DNA of 64,000 nucleotides from the human T2T-CHM13v2.0 reference genome, Homo sapiens (GCF_009914755.1 NC_060945.1), one strand, 5' to 3'. Counted from the first letter of the stretch, positions 30,092 to 45,034 are shown. Made by a program: numbers and translations. The notes: generated by a model from the sequence alone, not told the origin.

Positions 30092-30599
30092 GGATTATAA
30101 TAAATTCAGCTACAAAAGAAGGAACTAACTGGGTAAAGTTTAACAGAGGAAGGAAATTTCAAGATACTAAAAGCTCATCAGGTAAACAATTTTCTATCTC
30201 AAGAACAAATGATACCAGTGCACAGGAATGACAGAAAGAATAACAAGATACTAAATTGGCTATAATCAGAGACCTGAAAGTCAAATGCCAAAGCCACAAA
30301 GAGTGGAATTCAAGCCAGAGCCCTAAAGAAAAAATAGCGTAACGAGAGAGAGCCAGCAAAAAGCAAAATGAAAAAGACGCAACTCTTGTCATAGCACACA
30401 CATGCACCGAAACAAAACAAAACAAAATGCAGGAAAAACAGTAAAAAATTATCTAGCTGTAAAAATTACTTGGCTGTACAGCCTCAATTGTTTGCTCCCT
30501 GATTTAGAAATTATCATATTTGCCAAAAGTTTGAATGGAAATATACTTTTACTTAGCAAAACTTCCATTATTAAAAAAAAAAAAAAAAAAAAAAAAGCT

Positions 30600-30905
30600 G
30601 GCCGGGTGCGGTGGCTCACGCCTATAATCCCAACACTTTGGGAGGCCAAGGCAGGTGGATCACCTGAGGTCAGGAGTTTGAGACCAGCCTGGCCAACGTG
30701 GCGAAACCCCATCTCTACTAAAAATACAAAAATTAGCCGGGGGTGGTGGTGGGCACCTGTAATCCCAGCTACTCTGGAGGCTGAGGCTGGAGAATCACTT
30801 GAACCTGGGGGGCGGAGGTTGCAGTGAGCCGAGGTCACGCCACTTCACTCCAGCCTGGGTGCAAGAGTGAAACTCTGTCCCCTGCCACCCCCTGGCCAAA
30901 AAAAA
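30600..30905 (+). mobile_element. AluSx
   Basis: ggatcacctgaggtcaggag; preceded by A24; tail partly C-rich. Confidence 0.94.
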
Positions 30906-31497
30906 GCCAAGGTAAAGAGTACAACATTTAAGAAGAAACTTTCTGTAAACATTGTAAGAAATCTATTTAAGAACTAACAGTTGATATGCAAATTGCAATT
31001 TAGAGATCCTGAATGAACTAATTAATTAACAAACTCTCATTTGTTAAGCTGAAGTTAAGTGATATGCTTAATGAAAACCACAGTTATACTGAAGAGGGGA
31101 ACTCTGTGTTTAAGTCTTTTCATTAAACCAGACAGAGCCTAATCAATGAATATGTGTAACATTGCTGTATAGGTCTGATTACATGTTTCCTTGTTTTTCT
31201 AAAATGCTTAACATTTTATTCTGATCTTATACTTTAACAATTGAACAGCAAGATGGGCTGTCTATAATTCAAATTTAATTGTCTTTAAATCCTAATCTCT
31301 AAACAGTCTGTTAAATAGAATGCCATTGATTAAGTGATCTACAATTAAATCAGTGACATAAAATCCATATCAGAATTTAAGGATTTAACCAGGAGTTCTC
31401 TAATAAGTTTATGTCAAATATAATTCTTAACAAATGCTTTCTGTATACTTTTAAGTTATCTCAAAATCTTGAATTTGAAATCTTTAAACATTTACAG

Positions 31498-31551
31498 GTT
31501 CCAGGCATGAGAATTTTCCTGGGGGATGGGGGAGGGAGAACAGGAACCTGG
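31498..31551 (+). other. Candidate 54-nt exon
   Basis: Modest acceptor catttacag| and strong donor tgg|gtgagt. Confidence 0.2.
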
Positions 31552-32954
31552 GTGAGTAAATAATATGATGCTCCAGGTTTGTTTCTCCTCAGCTGACATT
31601 TATCTCTTTGGCATGATGAAGGGTAGATCAACGTTGACTGTAAAAACAAACACGATTAGCACTAACGCAGCATATGTTAACACTGCTGCAGCCTAATGAT
31701 GAATGAGCTGTAAGCGATCCCAACACCTGTTCTTGATGATGATGCGTGATACCCAACCCCAGTGGAGTAATGAGAGCGAAGACACAGCGGTGCACATCTC
31801 ACCGATTACAGTGGTTTATGGAGGCGTTCTGGTAGCATTCTCACTTTCTGTCTCTCCATCTCTTCTCTGATTATTCTATATTCGTTCATTCATTCATAAC
31901 TTCAGAATTGGCTTTAAGCTATAGAAATCCACATGTGAGGTCTTACATGTATTAGCCACATGAGACGTATTAGGTTACCCAAGTCCTAAGCAACTGGAGA
32001 ATATGTTTTTATACCAGAATAATTCTTTCTAAAACACCATTGTTAAGTTAGCCTACTTGGTTCTAATGTTGATTGACATTATCAAGCATCTCAACTCGAT
32101 TGGCTCTAAATTTGGCAATGCCTGAAGAGAGTTTGATAATCTCAAAACAGAATACCTGAACTTGTGTGATGGTGTCTTTTATATTTAATACACAAAATAC
32201 TGAACATAAGTATGAATATTATGTAAAGTGACAAATTACGAACAATAGGGTTCTGATATTATCCTTCGGTCTTGTTTCAGCAAGGAATAAATGATATTCC
32301 TATCTGCCGCTTCTACGTCATTTAATGTTCTCTGTTATTTTATATATGGTGCCAATGTCCCATATGATGTTTCTATTAATATGACTATATAATGTGAATT
32401 ACTTCTTCTATTCTTAATTTTATTTCTGGTTATCCTCTTCCTTATTGCTTCAAAACTTTGTTGATAAAATTTTCTTTCCTGTTCTGAATATAATTCCTTT
32501 AGCTGTGTTTAGATCATCCTTACCTGGAAGGACTTGTGTATGCATTATTTCTTCCCATTTTGAAGCTTTTACTCTTACTTTCCAGCTGACACTTTTGCTC
32601 TATTTCCAAATTTGTCAGAGCCTTCCATTCTTAAAGAACATTGTGTTTCTAATTCTTGTCTTATTTTTTGATGTTCTTCTTCTTATTAGCAATTTCTCAA
32701 ACAAATGGCCAAATTCATTGCTCTTATGTCCTCATATTTTTTCTTTTTAACTCATTGAAATTATTAAAGAAATGTCAGTATTTCAGATTATTAAACATTT
32801 ACTCTTGCAAAATTTGTGACCATTGGCTTTTATTATATTTTCTTATAGTTTTGCTTAATATTTATCTTAATGATCAAATAATAAGTTCTAAAAATAAGGA
32901 CAATATTTGTTTTATTTTTCAATATTTGTTTTATTTTTATTTTTTAAAGACCTA

Positions 32955-33545
<591 letters not shown>

Positions 33546-33914
33546 TTGTTATTGGTACCACCTCTGTAATCCTTGAAACTAGCACTGTGCCCGATATATA
33601 TTAATTTTTGACCAATATTTTGTGGAGGAGTGAGTGAAATGAATTAATGAATCCTGCATTTAACACAACTGATCATTATACATTTTTAGAACAATTGTGT
33701 CTTTTGACTTCCACACTAATAATAGATATTACTGGTTAAAACATAACCTTTGCAAAACAAAATTTCATTTCTAACTCTTCTATGTTAGTCAGTAGAAAAA
33801 CTACTCTGCAAGTCACATCCAGGGAAAAAGGAAGATATTTAAGAATGGCTGAAGATAAAGTTACTGTGACAATTGCCTCCTCTTCCATTCTTATAACAGT
33901 TGTTGAAAAGCATT

Positions 33915-34512
33915 CTCCCAATGGCAGCCAAAATAATCATTTAAAAATATAAGTCAAACAGACTTCTAACTTTGCTTAAGCCCTCTTGTAGCTTCCTATT
34001 GTAATAAGAGAACCCAAATTCCATCCATCCTGTCCAGTCAGGCCCTGCTTATCCTGGCCCTGCCTATTACTCTGGATCTATTTGAAACCATATGTTTCAG
34101 CTGGCATGCAGCAGAAAATCACAGTGGCCTCTGTGATTTGAAGAGGCCAAACTTCATTTCTGCCCTGGACACTTGCTATTCTTGCCTATAATGCTTTTTT
34201 TTTCCCCTTGGATTTGGATTTGGCTGACATCTTCTTGTCATTCAGTTTCTGTTGAAATGTGCTTTCCTCAAAGTCCTCCTTGATCCACCACCTCCCCCAT
34301 TCTATTATGCATTGTTCCTGCTTGATTTTCTTCGTATCACTGTCTGACATTATCATTTCAATGTGTTTGTTTATTTGCTTCTTATTATCTGTCTTTTTCA
34401 CTAGAATGCAAGTTCCATGATGAAAGGAGCCTTCAGTGTCTGATTCATTATTTTGGCCCACTGCTTAGTACATTATATGTTATTATTAATTATCTGTTAA
34501 TAAATTAATAAA
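33915..34512 (+). mobile_element. L2 3' end
   Basis: cactagaatgcaagttccatgatgaaagg and aatgtgctttcctcaaagtcctcc are L2-type motifs. Confidence 0.7.
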
Positions 34513-34617
34513 TTAGGCTAGAGGCAATGCCCTTATTACAAAGAGCCTTCTTTGTCATGTTGTAGAAGTGGAATTGTATTGCAAAAGTAACAGAAGCCAT
34601 CATAGATGGAAAGTTGA

Positions 34618-34924
<307 letters not shown>

Positions 34925-37900
34925 TTATGCATGTATGAAAACTTTACACCAGACAAAGGGTTTGAGTTGAAGAACAGGTCAATTTATGGAGAAGGGAGAG
35001 GTACATTCTAGCGGGGGGGGTCTTAGAGTGACAGGATGCTCAAAGATGCCATAAGGGGTGATGTGTGTTCTGGACATGGTGAATGAGTAGCTGAATCTGC
35101 CTATTGCATAAGATTCTTTTAAGCTAGTAGTGGTAGAAAGATTGAAATGGCGGAAAGGAGTTACAATATCGGCTATTCTTTCTGGGCAAAGTGATTTGGA
35201 ATTGTCCTCCAACAAGCACTTGTTTTTTGAAAAGTTCTTCCACTGAAGGTTGACATAATGAAAATCATAAGAAAAATCATCTATGGGTGTACCAAAGTCC
35301 TAGCGGTTCTTTAGAGCCTAGCTTAAGAACTCCATCCTTCATATAACCCTCCCCAATAAGAATGCTGCAAGAATGTCCAACTCTTTCATTTTATATGAAT
35401 CCAGATTCGAGAACGTACTGATATCCCCAAGATCACAGATGATTAATCTAGGGTTAACAGCTGTAACATATATGTTCAGAGTATAATATTCTTAAACAGA
35501 ATCCCCCAAAACTTGTCAGCATTCAAATTAAAACACACATACCACACACATACACACAAACTCTCATGTCCCATTGAAAACTTCTCACTAAAACATACAT
35601 CAAGTTTCCAAACCACTTCACTGGTGATTTTGAGTCATATCAAGAACCAGATGCCCTCTCAGTAAAAAAACCCAATGAACATCTTATTCATAATGGAGAT
35701 ATAGGGGTACTAGCAATGATCCAGGCATGTCTGTCAAAATAAAGTGTCTTTCCCCTTTAAATATCTTTGTAAGGAATAATAAATAGTTCTCCTAATAACA
35801 AATATTGGCCATGGAAAGTTGTTAGGGACCACCCACACTATGTAAATAAATATTGTAAAACTAACATCAATGTTTGTTTTTGTAATTTTAAAAATTTTAT
35901 TGGAACATCTGTGGAATATAAAGTAACAAAAGGCTCAAAAGATTTTCCATTTTAATTAAGGGAGAAAAGATGCACAAAAACTTCATTCACAAGCAAAGGG
36001 ATGTGTATATATTTATGATGTGTAAAGGAATTTCTTGACAATGAATATCTACTTGTCCTTGCACAAAAATGATTGTGCAAGCTTTAATAGCATGAAGATA
36101 ATATCTTTTCTTTCTAGTGTTTAGTGCAGTTCTTCCTTTCTTCAATTCCCATATGTAGGTAAGTACAAAAACAAACAATAGAACCAAGCACATGTTTTAA
36201 ATTTTCTAAGTGTATTAGATCTTTCATCTTATTTGGTCTTTACACAAGGAATACTGTAGAACCCTGTCTGCAAGAACCTGAAAATTCCTCCATGTGACAT
36301 GGTGACCTCCCAGGAAAAGCACACCTAGCCGACCCTGGATAACTTTTGCTTTTGTCTATTTTTATTTGTGATTTCTAAGTAACATGTAATTTAAGCAAAG
36401 GGACTATTCACGTTAAATGGAAAAAAAAAAAACCCCACTTGAAAAGCCCTAGTGTAGAAGGAGAAGAACTAGAGCAGTTTCTTGTTGCATTTGGGATCTG
36501 GTCTGGCCAGCCTTTCCACTGAAGGTTGCGTGATCTTGGGCACGTCTTGGAACCTGTCTTTCCCTCTGACGGTGCTCTCTCAGAGAGCTGCTAGGGGCGG
36601 TAAATGGCTACGATATCAAATTGAGCTAAGGCAGTCTACCAGGTGGGTCTTTATAAATCTTGACACTTTTAACCATTTCATCAGACTTTTATTTTTGTAA
36701 GGCAGATGACTGTAAAGAAAATGAAGGTAGGGATTGTATCTGCCTTTTTCTAGTATGTGTCTAACAGAGTAGATACTTAGACATTTCCTAAGTGAACTCA
36801 TGAATGAACAAAGGCAATAGCATTTGACATGGAAAGTTGGGAACAGATATAAAATCCTGGATTTAAAATGTCAGTGAGGGTTGAATATCCTACTGTGGCT
36901 TGAAGACGCCTTACTGCTATGTCACATGCCCATATTCCAGTGCCAAGAGGCTAAGAGACTTCCACCTTTTGAGTTTTGGCAGTGGCAAGAAGGATCCGCT
37001 GGGGAAAATGAGTCGAGAAGAACTTCCTTCAGGAGCTATTGTGGTAGGGCTCTTCATCTGCCTATTACATATCTATAGGGAAAGAGCAACTATTTTGATC
37101 AATCAGGACAATGGTATAAAGTTTTCCTCTGTCTGAAAAAATATGTTAGGCCTTTCTGTGTTCATGAAGAGAGCTTTCCATCTAGCAGATAATATTCACA
37201 GTCAAATATAGTTTAAAATATACCAATTCACAGAGGAGATTCATCTGTCTTTTGTGGCCCTGGTGAGTGCGTCATAATTATATAAGCACACAAAACTTCT
37301 TCTTTGATAATGATTTGCTTCCTGGCCTTTCCCTGGAAGTAGAATTTCATGCAGCCTCTTGGAATTTGTTCTCCTGTTCTCCATTTGTTCAGCCTCACTT
37401 GTAACTGAGAGAGTAAACATCTTCCATAAACCCCAATGTTTATGACTGACTAGTCCTCCCAACTTGCTTGTCAGTTGTATTGATTTTATACTCCAGGCAA
37501 CCAAACCAATCATATCTTAAGGCCTTGCTTTAACAATATAACACCAGATAAAACTGCTTCTGAGGACTTGTGGTTTTTAATCTCTAAGATAGGCATAAGG
37601 CTTGAACGTATAGAATATGTTACTTTCACCTTCTTGCAAGTTTCATCAGCAATGGTACACAGTACACTAGATACATCTAAATTATACCCGTCTTAGGTTG
37701 TATGTTGCTGCTGCTCAATGTTACAATATAATTACATTTCTGTTTTCTTCTTTTTCCAACCACATTTAACTGTTTGGGAGTTAAACTCATTATTCACAGG
37801 CCATTCCAAATGCTTTTGGAAAAACAAAATTCTTCTCCCTAATAACAGTATATATTCATAGTACCAGATTTAACAACCATTCATGGCTGGCATCATCATT

Positions 37901-39039
37901 ATTCACCTTTTATACATGAGGCAAGGGGGACTCAGGAAGTTTAGAAGTCTGTACTACATTTTTCTGATAATGAATATTTGCTACGGAAAATTATTAGGGG
38001 CCACACACACTGTGTGACCAAATATTACAAAACAAGTAACAAAGTTTATATTCACAATTTATTTTATTTTATTGGAATAACTGTGGAAAACAAAGTAACA
38101 GAAGATTAAAAATAGAACCTAGCAGAGCAAAAACCAGACCCTGTTTCTCGCCTCTAGAGAGCATTCCAGAGTGTCTAAAGAATGTCCCTGTCTTCTCACT
38201 GTCCCTGAACAACCTTTCCCTGATAACTGACCAGCTCGCCCTCATTTTCAAAGAGCTAACTCTGTCAACCAAGGGAAAAAGATCTTTCAGTATAATTTTC
38301 TACACTGACCACCTGTCTCTTTCCATATTTAGACATAATTTGTGCTGCTAAATAAGGTTGCCCCCTAGCCATACAGACTAAACTCTGAATTTCAAGCAGA
38401 TACTTTGTTTATAACTGCCTTAAGTCATTAGTTCTCAGGATGAGAAAACTAGTTATTTTAAGTACCAAAAATTTGGTAGCAGACCAGAGAGAATTTTTCC
38501 TCTTTATTTAACGCCCATGGGCAAAACCTCAGGATGCTGCCATTTGAATGCACTGCCATCGAGTCAGGGCCTTCACCAGAGGCGCTTTTGTGGCTCTCCA
38601 CCAGATGAAGTCAGGCACTCCAACACTCTAACCACGGTCCGCAGATGGTGGCCTGCCACCACCACATCTGAGCTCCCAGGATTTAAAGGACTCAACTATG
38701 TTCCATTCCTGCCCTTTTGTGGGTTTCCTCCTTCACCACCTCTGAGAAAGCCACAGTGTCCAGAAGAAGGAGGCAGTCCAGCATCAACAGTCAGAGCCCT
38801 CTGCAGCCTCTCTCACCATCTCCTCTCCACTCTACCCCTCAGTCTGTAGGTCAAGAATACAGAATGAATGGGAAAAAAAAATCTCCCACTAGACCAAACC
38901 CCGTCTGTGATTTTGGCTTTCTACATGCTGTTAAATTTTTGCAGAAAATGTTCTCTTCTCTTATTCTATTTCCCCTCTTTCTACCCTGTATTAGGACTTG
39001 TTTGAGTGTCTTTCCAAGTGGGGATCCAACATACACACT

Positions 39040-39215
39040 TCTGTATTTGAGTGTATATTGTACATGTGTACACACACTTACAGACACACATATATACAAA
39101 AACATAAATGTGTGTATATATGTATATGTGCACATATACATACAAATATGTATACAAATGCATGTGTGTGTATATACATACACATATATATAATACACAC
39201 TCAAATATAAAAGTA
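39040..39215. repeat. (CA)/(TA)/(TG) low-complexity tract
   Basis: Alternating purine-pyrimidine run. Confidence 0.85.
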
Positions 39216-40936
39216 TACAGTCATTGATTTTGTTAGGATAACAGCTATTTTTAGACTCCTATTCTGAAGGCTAACTTGTGGTTAATGTCATTTTTTGTCC
39301 AATGACAGAATTACAACAGCCTGCCCATTTAGTTTAGTGTCATTCCAGAATGTTTATTTTGGGAATCATATTATCCTGACTTCACTCTGGTAATGTGAAA
39401 GTTTAACAATAACTCTGCTACATTAATTGTGTTATTTATTTTTTTAACACGTCAGAGCTAGAACTGGAAGGTTTAAATGGCTAAGAGACAATAAAGAGAG
39501 GATGTGATAACCATTTCTAGGTGCATCCCTATGTTAATCTCCAATTAGAGAGACTGCGTAACATGAACAGGGACCCAGGACATGTACCTACAAAAAATAA
39601 GGTACATTAGTTAGAGTTAAAGTCTGGGTTTTCTACCTATTAGGAAGAGGTAAGGAAATAAAAGGCCCTTAATATATTTATTCTACATAATTCAGATGTA
39701 GTCTAAAATAGTTGCAATTAGTGTGAGAACAAAGAATATTATCCTTAAAAATTCTGAAGGAGAGACAGAATAAATGCATAGGTCTATTCTAAGCACAAAA
39801 TTGGAAAAATTTGAATACTGTACTGTGATTAGGCTTGATAAATGCTAAGATGATTAAAATACAGTTCTCACCCTGAGAGAGTGCACGTGCTGGTTTGGGG
39901 GAAAAAAGTAATGAGTAAATAATTACAATCCAGCCATATGACCCAAATTCTTGAAAATATTGAACAAGAGCCATTAACTCTCTCGGGAAGGTTATAGGAT
40001 ATTTTCCAGAAAGGAGTTATATTTAACCTTCCTGAAAGTATGTGTGTCAACAGAGGAAGAGCAAGGGCAGCTCCCTGCAGAAGACATTCCTTCCTCTATA
40101 GACTACAGAATTAGAAGTGTCTCCTGAAAAGACACTTTCCTTATGCGTGCCACTCAGAGGAGCCATTTTGCTCCAGCCTTCAACTCCTCATTGCTAGTAA
40201 TTTCAAATACTTTTCCTGGAATTTTGTGGTTCTCTCAGTGATTACTTTCATATTGTTTTCTCTTTTCTGTCCCATTTCTGCTTTGTTTAGCAAGTACCAG
40301 TACCAGTAATAGCTTACTTTATAGCAATTTATTTTCACAAAAACCCGTCAGAGACTTTAATAGCTATGTATATGTCCTCTATCTTTGTATTCATGGCTTC
40401 TAGTCATTTTCAAGATAATTGCATTGATCCAGTTATTGAGCTGTGTGCATTCAGGAGAACATGTACTTTAACCCCAACCTAATTAATAAAAGCTGCTTTT
40501 GGTGATACTGTGTGATGGAGACCATAGAGACATGGTTTTGTTGTAGTATTGTTGAATCAGAAGTTCTCGTGAACATGTATAATACCTCTCCGGGGATAAC
40601 GTTGGTTCCACCAGCATCTGTAAGAGGAATGTTCTACTTTGTCTGAACATTCTGCACCCCAGCACAGAAAGTGTCATGGAGATGAGGTTTTGTACAAATA
40701 ACTGAAAAAAATTAGTTGAGACGAAAACACGATAGACTAAGTTATTTATACTTTTCTAAATACTTAATCTAAGCATACATAAAAAATTTTAACTAAGATT
40801 TATTTAAAGCTATTTAGTCACTTTTTAGTCTTAATGTTTGCTACTAATCCCTTCATTTATGATATTTATAAAACATTTAGCCAGGAGCTACTAGGAGACA
40901 AAGCAAAACAAGCATTATTTCCCTTTTCTATGTTTC

Positions 40937-40963
40937 AGGTTGGTGCAAAAGTAATTGCGGTTT
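40937..40963 (+). mobile_element. Solo Hsmar1/MADE1 terminal inverted repeat
   Basis: aggttggtgcaaaagtaattgcggttt matches the Hsmar1/MADE1 TIR. Confidence 0.85.
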
Positions 40964-41242
40964 GTTTCACTGATTTGTTTCTGTGTCCCCAGTGGGTCCT
41001 CTTGCTATGCCCAATGTCCTTGGTGATATCCAGCTCAACAAGGGGCAGGCACATGTACATGTTTTACATGTAAGAAAATAATACAGAACCCAGATGATAC
41101 CTAGTGAATTATACTAAGTGTATTGTACAAAGTAATGAGATGAGAACTTTGATGAATTAAAAATACTGTTTTAAACAAAGATTTCAAGTTAAAACTTATA
41201 TTTTATTCTCTCACTATTAAACAGTCCTGCTTTTGGAGAGGT

Positions 41243-41246
<4 letters not shown>

Positions 41247-41274
<28 letters not shown>

Positions 41275-41364
41275 GAGACGGAGTCTCGCTCTGTCACCCA
41301 GGCTGGAGTGCAGTGGCACGATCTCAGCTCACTGCAAGCTCCACCTCCCGGGTTCACAGCATTC
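41247..41364 (-). mobile_element. Severely 5'-truncated AluY (about 90 bp plus tail)
   Basis: Pure T tail; perfect 14-bp TSD ttggagaggtgact at 41233-41246 and 41365-41378. Confidence 0.93.
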
Positions 41365-44300
41365 TTGGAGAGGTGACTATTGATTGATTGTTTAAGTATT
41401 TCAATTCCCTTCTAGTTTCTAAGCTGAAATCTGCATCAGTTCAGGGGACGTGGCCATCCTTTGTGGTGAGGCTTTTCTACTTCACAATAGTGCTCATTAA
41501 TATATTAAGGACTCTTCTCTTTAAAAAGAACAATTATGACAAGATGGGGCATTTAAAGTAGAGTGCACTGTGGTGCTTTGTGCCTCATCGCTGTCATGTT
41601 TTCAACAAGAGATATTAAAAGAAGTAAATGCCGGGTGGTCTCATGAGGATATGGCGATTTAAGCCTTTGAACCTTGGGCATCCAGTATGACAAAATGGCT
41701 GGTTGCTTTGATGTTGCAACATGAGAAAATCTGTTCTTTTATTGTTTGCAAATGCTAGAATTCTTTCACATTGAAATGATCACTTTGCATATATACCACA
41801 AGTTAAAATTTAATATGTTTTGAGAAAGATACCTCTGAACAATATGGACATGGCAAAAATTTGAAAGGTTCTTTTTGTATTTTTCCCCCTAAATCATGAC
41901 CTTGGATACACTGAATTTAAATTGTTTGGTTGTAGGAAAGTTATTAATAGTACACATTAATAGTAATGTATACTCATACTTTGCTCATAAAGTACCTTTT
42001 AAGGTAAATTTATAAGATATATTTACCAAATGTATTTGTTTTTAGGAGTAATGTCTCACCAAAGGTTGTAATTTCAGTTATTGAAAATATATTTATATGG
42101 GATATAGATGGTATTTGTACTGATGTTTGTTAAGAATAAACTCTATAAAATGGTTCTTAAATGATTATAAGTATACATTGTAAATTGGTAACTGGTGACA
42201 GCGTGAAGTAAAAACAAATTGTAGATAATTTTTGAAGGTTAGTCTATGTGAATAAGTACATAGCTGCTAGAAGTTTATACAAATAATGTAAATGCAGTTT
42301 TTTAAGTAAAGAACTCCTTTTCTATTAGAAAAGAAGACACGTCAAGTGACAGATAATTTGTTTCTTAAAAAACTGTTTCCTCCTAAACAAAAGATGGGTA
42401 AAACATACAGCAAAGAGAACTATCTCACCTGTGTTCCAACCAATATTTGGTACATAGCTAAAAGCTGATTTAATTGAATTTTAAAATGTGAGATTATGAG
42501 TGCCACCATTCTGATTGGGAGAAAAGCAGGAACTTGTGTTACCAAAACAAGTTTCTCTGAAATGTATTTTACCTGGATTTAGAACAGATGTTTATAGGAC
42601 ATGTCGATTTCTTATTCTCTCTGGAATATGAATGTATGATCTAAAAATTGACATCATCCCTTTTAACTTAATCCCCTCCCGAAGGTACCCTTGCTCCTGT
42701 TTATGGCAGAGGTAGTTTCCAAGTGATTGTCTATCCTGAAAGATTTCTATGAAATTATTCTGGATTTTGTTTCATCTACTTGCATGTAGTATGTTTCTCA
42801 GAAAGGCTTTTTAGGTACACTAACATTTTTGTTGTTTGACTTTGATTTTTTATGCTGAAAGTTGGCTGAAATATCATCTACTAAACATATATAATCAATT
42901 AAAAGACATACCATGTTCCCAGATTGAAAGATGGTACATTAATCTATTACTCAATGCAATCTCACTAATTATCCAAATGTGATGTTTTAATGAAACTTAA
43001 TAAACTGCTAGTAAAATTTTTAAAAATATATGTATATAATTAAATTTGTGTTAAATGAAATTATATGAGTAGATATGACATTTTTAAAAGTGGCTCAAAA
43101 CTTAATATAGCTCCATTCATTCTACTCTTAGCCTTTAAAGTTGCATTCCTTAATTAAAAAGAGAGCATTTTAAACATGCCAATAAAAATATTGACCATCT
43201 TAAAATCTTTAAATGCCTAACTACTCGGCATTTATTGCTGAATAACTAACATTCAAGATGGTTTACATATTTTAAATAGTCACAACTCTTTTCAAATCGG
43301 TCATGACTTAAATGCAGCTTTCATATCAGTTTCTGTTTTATGTTTTGGTAAGCAATTTTTGCTATTGATAAATATCCTTACCATTTTAGTCTGATTTCTC
43401 TCTTTGACTGTCAGACTCCGGTGGCCCTGAACAATGTTTAGATTATTCTCCAAAACTTTTGGCTAAGGAGATAATTTTGGAAGTAAGCTTAATTCCTTCA
43501 CGTTTTGAATTTAATTAGCAGAGAACTGTTTTTGAGTGAAAGGCAGGTGTTTTATGATTTTCATGGTGCTATTCCAAATATAAGTATATTAAATATCATT
43601 ATTTCAAGAAATTGTATCTCATTGCTATTTGAGGACTTCACAAATTCTCTTTCAGGAAAAAGTAGCATGTCCCTGGTAATGGTTTTATATCATCCGTTGG
43701 AAACTGCATCATATGTTTTGTATTTTAAATCCACTGCAAGAATCGTCGCTCCTGGTAAAAAATCAGAGTGCTCTCAGGATTCTAATATAATCACATGTTT
43801 AAACTGTGCTGCAGACTTCCCAAGTGTGACTCATTGGCCTTTTGGAAGTCCAAGCCTAAGCATGGAAGCTACTCAACATACGATGAGGAAAAAAATTATG
43901 AACGAACAAATTCTATGATCATACAGATATTTAGCTAAAGTACATTATAAACTTACATATAACAAAAATTTAAGAATAACCCAAATGTTTGACAATAAAG
44001 TTTCTTTAAGTAAATTTCATATTGTGCAAGTATTAATGATGTCGAATATCATTTTCCTAATTTTGATATTCGATATATAAAAAAATTAAATGTCTTTGAA
44101 AATTGCTTCCAAGATAGTGCTTTTGGTTCCATAGTTGTGTGTCCTTTGTTTGTAAAATGTGACTTCTCCTTCAACTTTTAAATTAGAACTTCTCATGATA
44201 TCCTAAATGACATATTATTGTAGAGTAAGTGCTGGAAGTGCTCATGTCTTTTGCTTGTTTCCTTAGTGTCATTCTGTAGAGCTCATTGACTTGAAGGTGA

Positions 44301-44882
44301 CAGAGACTTACTTCTATAGATACTATATGTAATACCATATGTCAATATCTATAGATTCTATATTTGATACCATACATGAGTCAATCAATCAGTCAACACA
44401 TATGTAATCAAAGTTGGCAGTGCATTTACTCCTGAGTTAGATGCTGTAGGGCCACTGTTGTGTGTGATCTTGCCTTCCAGAAACTTACAACCAAGTTGAA
44501 AAGACAAGAGCCATAAAATAAAATAATAGCAAATTAATATAAAACCTGGATAAAGAATGTAATAACTAGATGACCAATTTGAGAGTGCTTATTGGGACTT
44601 ATGAAGAAAAAGAAATTGAAAAAAGGTGAGCCTGTGTTTAAAATTTAGAGGGGTATAGATATAACACAGACTGTTAATGTTTTCTTTCAATATCCATTTT
44701 GTTTTACTATTCTTTTTTAAGGTGTTTTATTTTAGTTGTTTTTACACGTTACATGAACATTCATTCATCGTAATGCATATTTTATCACATTTTATTGATT
44801 GTCCAATATTCATTTTATTGTTTATCCATTTTATTGATTGTCCAGTGCTGACATCTCCCTATGTCAGCATTTAATAATTTAA

Positions 44883-44960
44883 TAATTTCTGTTGAACTTT
44901 TAAAGGGCTTTGGGTATGTAATTTCTGTTGAACTTTTTAAAGGGCTTTGGGTATGTAATT
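44883..44960. repeat. 36/37-bp tandem duplication
   Basis: taatttctgttgaacttttaaagggctttgggtatg twice, differing by one T. Confidence 0.93.
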
Positions 44961-45034
44961 ATTTAACAAAGTGCACCAACTAGCAGAATTATCTGTATAC
45001 ATAGAAGTGATTTTTTTTATAATGATGATGATTT

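Noticed and set aside
30402-30838. 141-aa and 129-aa ORFs (and similar ORFs at 11.2, 14.6, 17.9, 18.7, 33.2, 34.6, 47.4 and 61.9-62.9 kb)
   Set aside because: Standard Alu-derived translations.
31696-31870. Possible C/D-box snoRNA (ATGATGA ... CTGA)
   Set aside because: No proper terminal stem for a K-turn, long spacing, and no recognisable rRNA-complementary guide.
40937-40963. miR-548-type hairpin
   Set aside because: Only one TIR is present, so the MADE1 palindrome needed for a pre-miRNA cannot form.
43505-43918. 137-aa ORF in unique DNA
   Set aside because: Non-ATG start, no recognisable domain and no convincing splice boundaries; compatible with chance.
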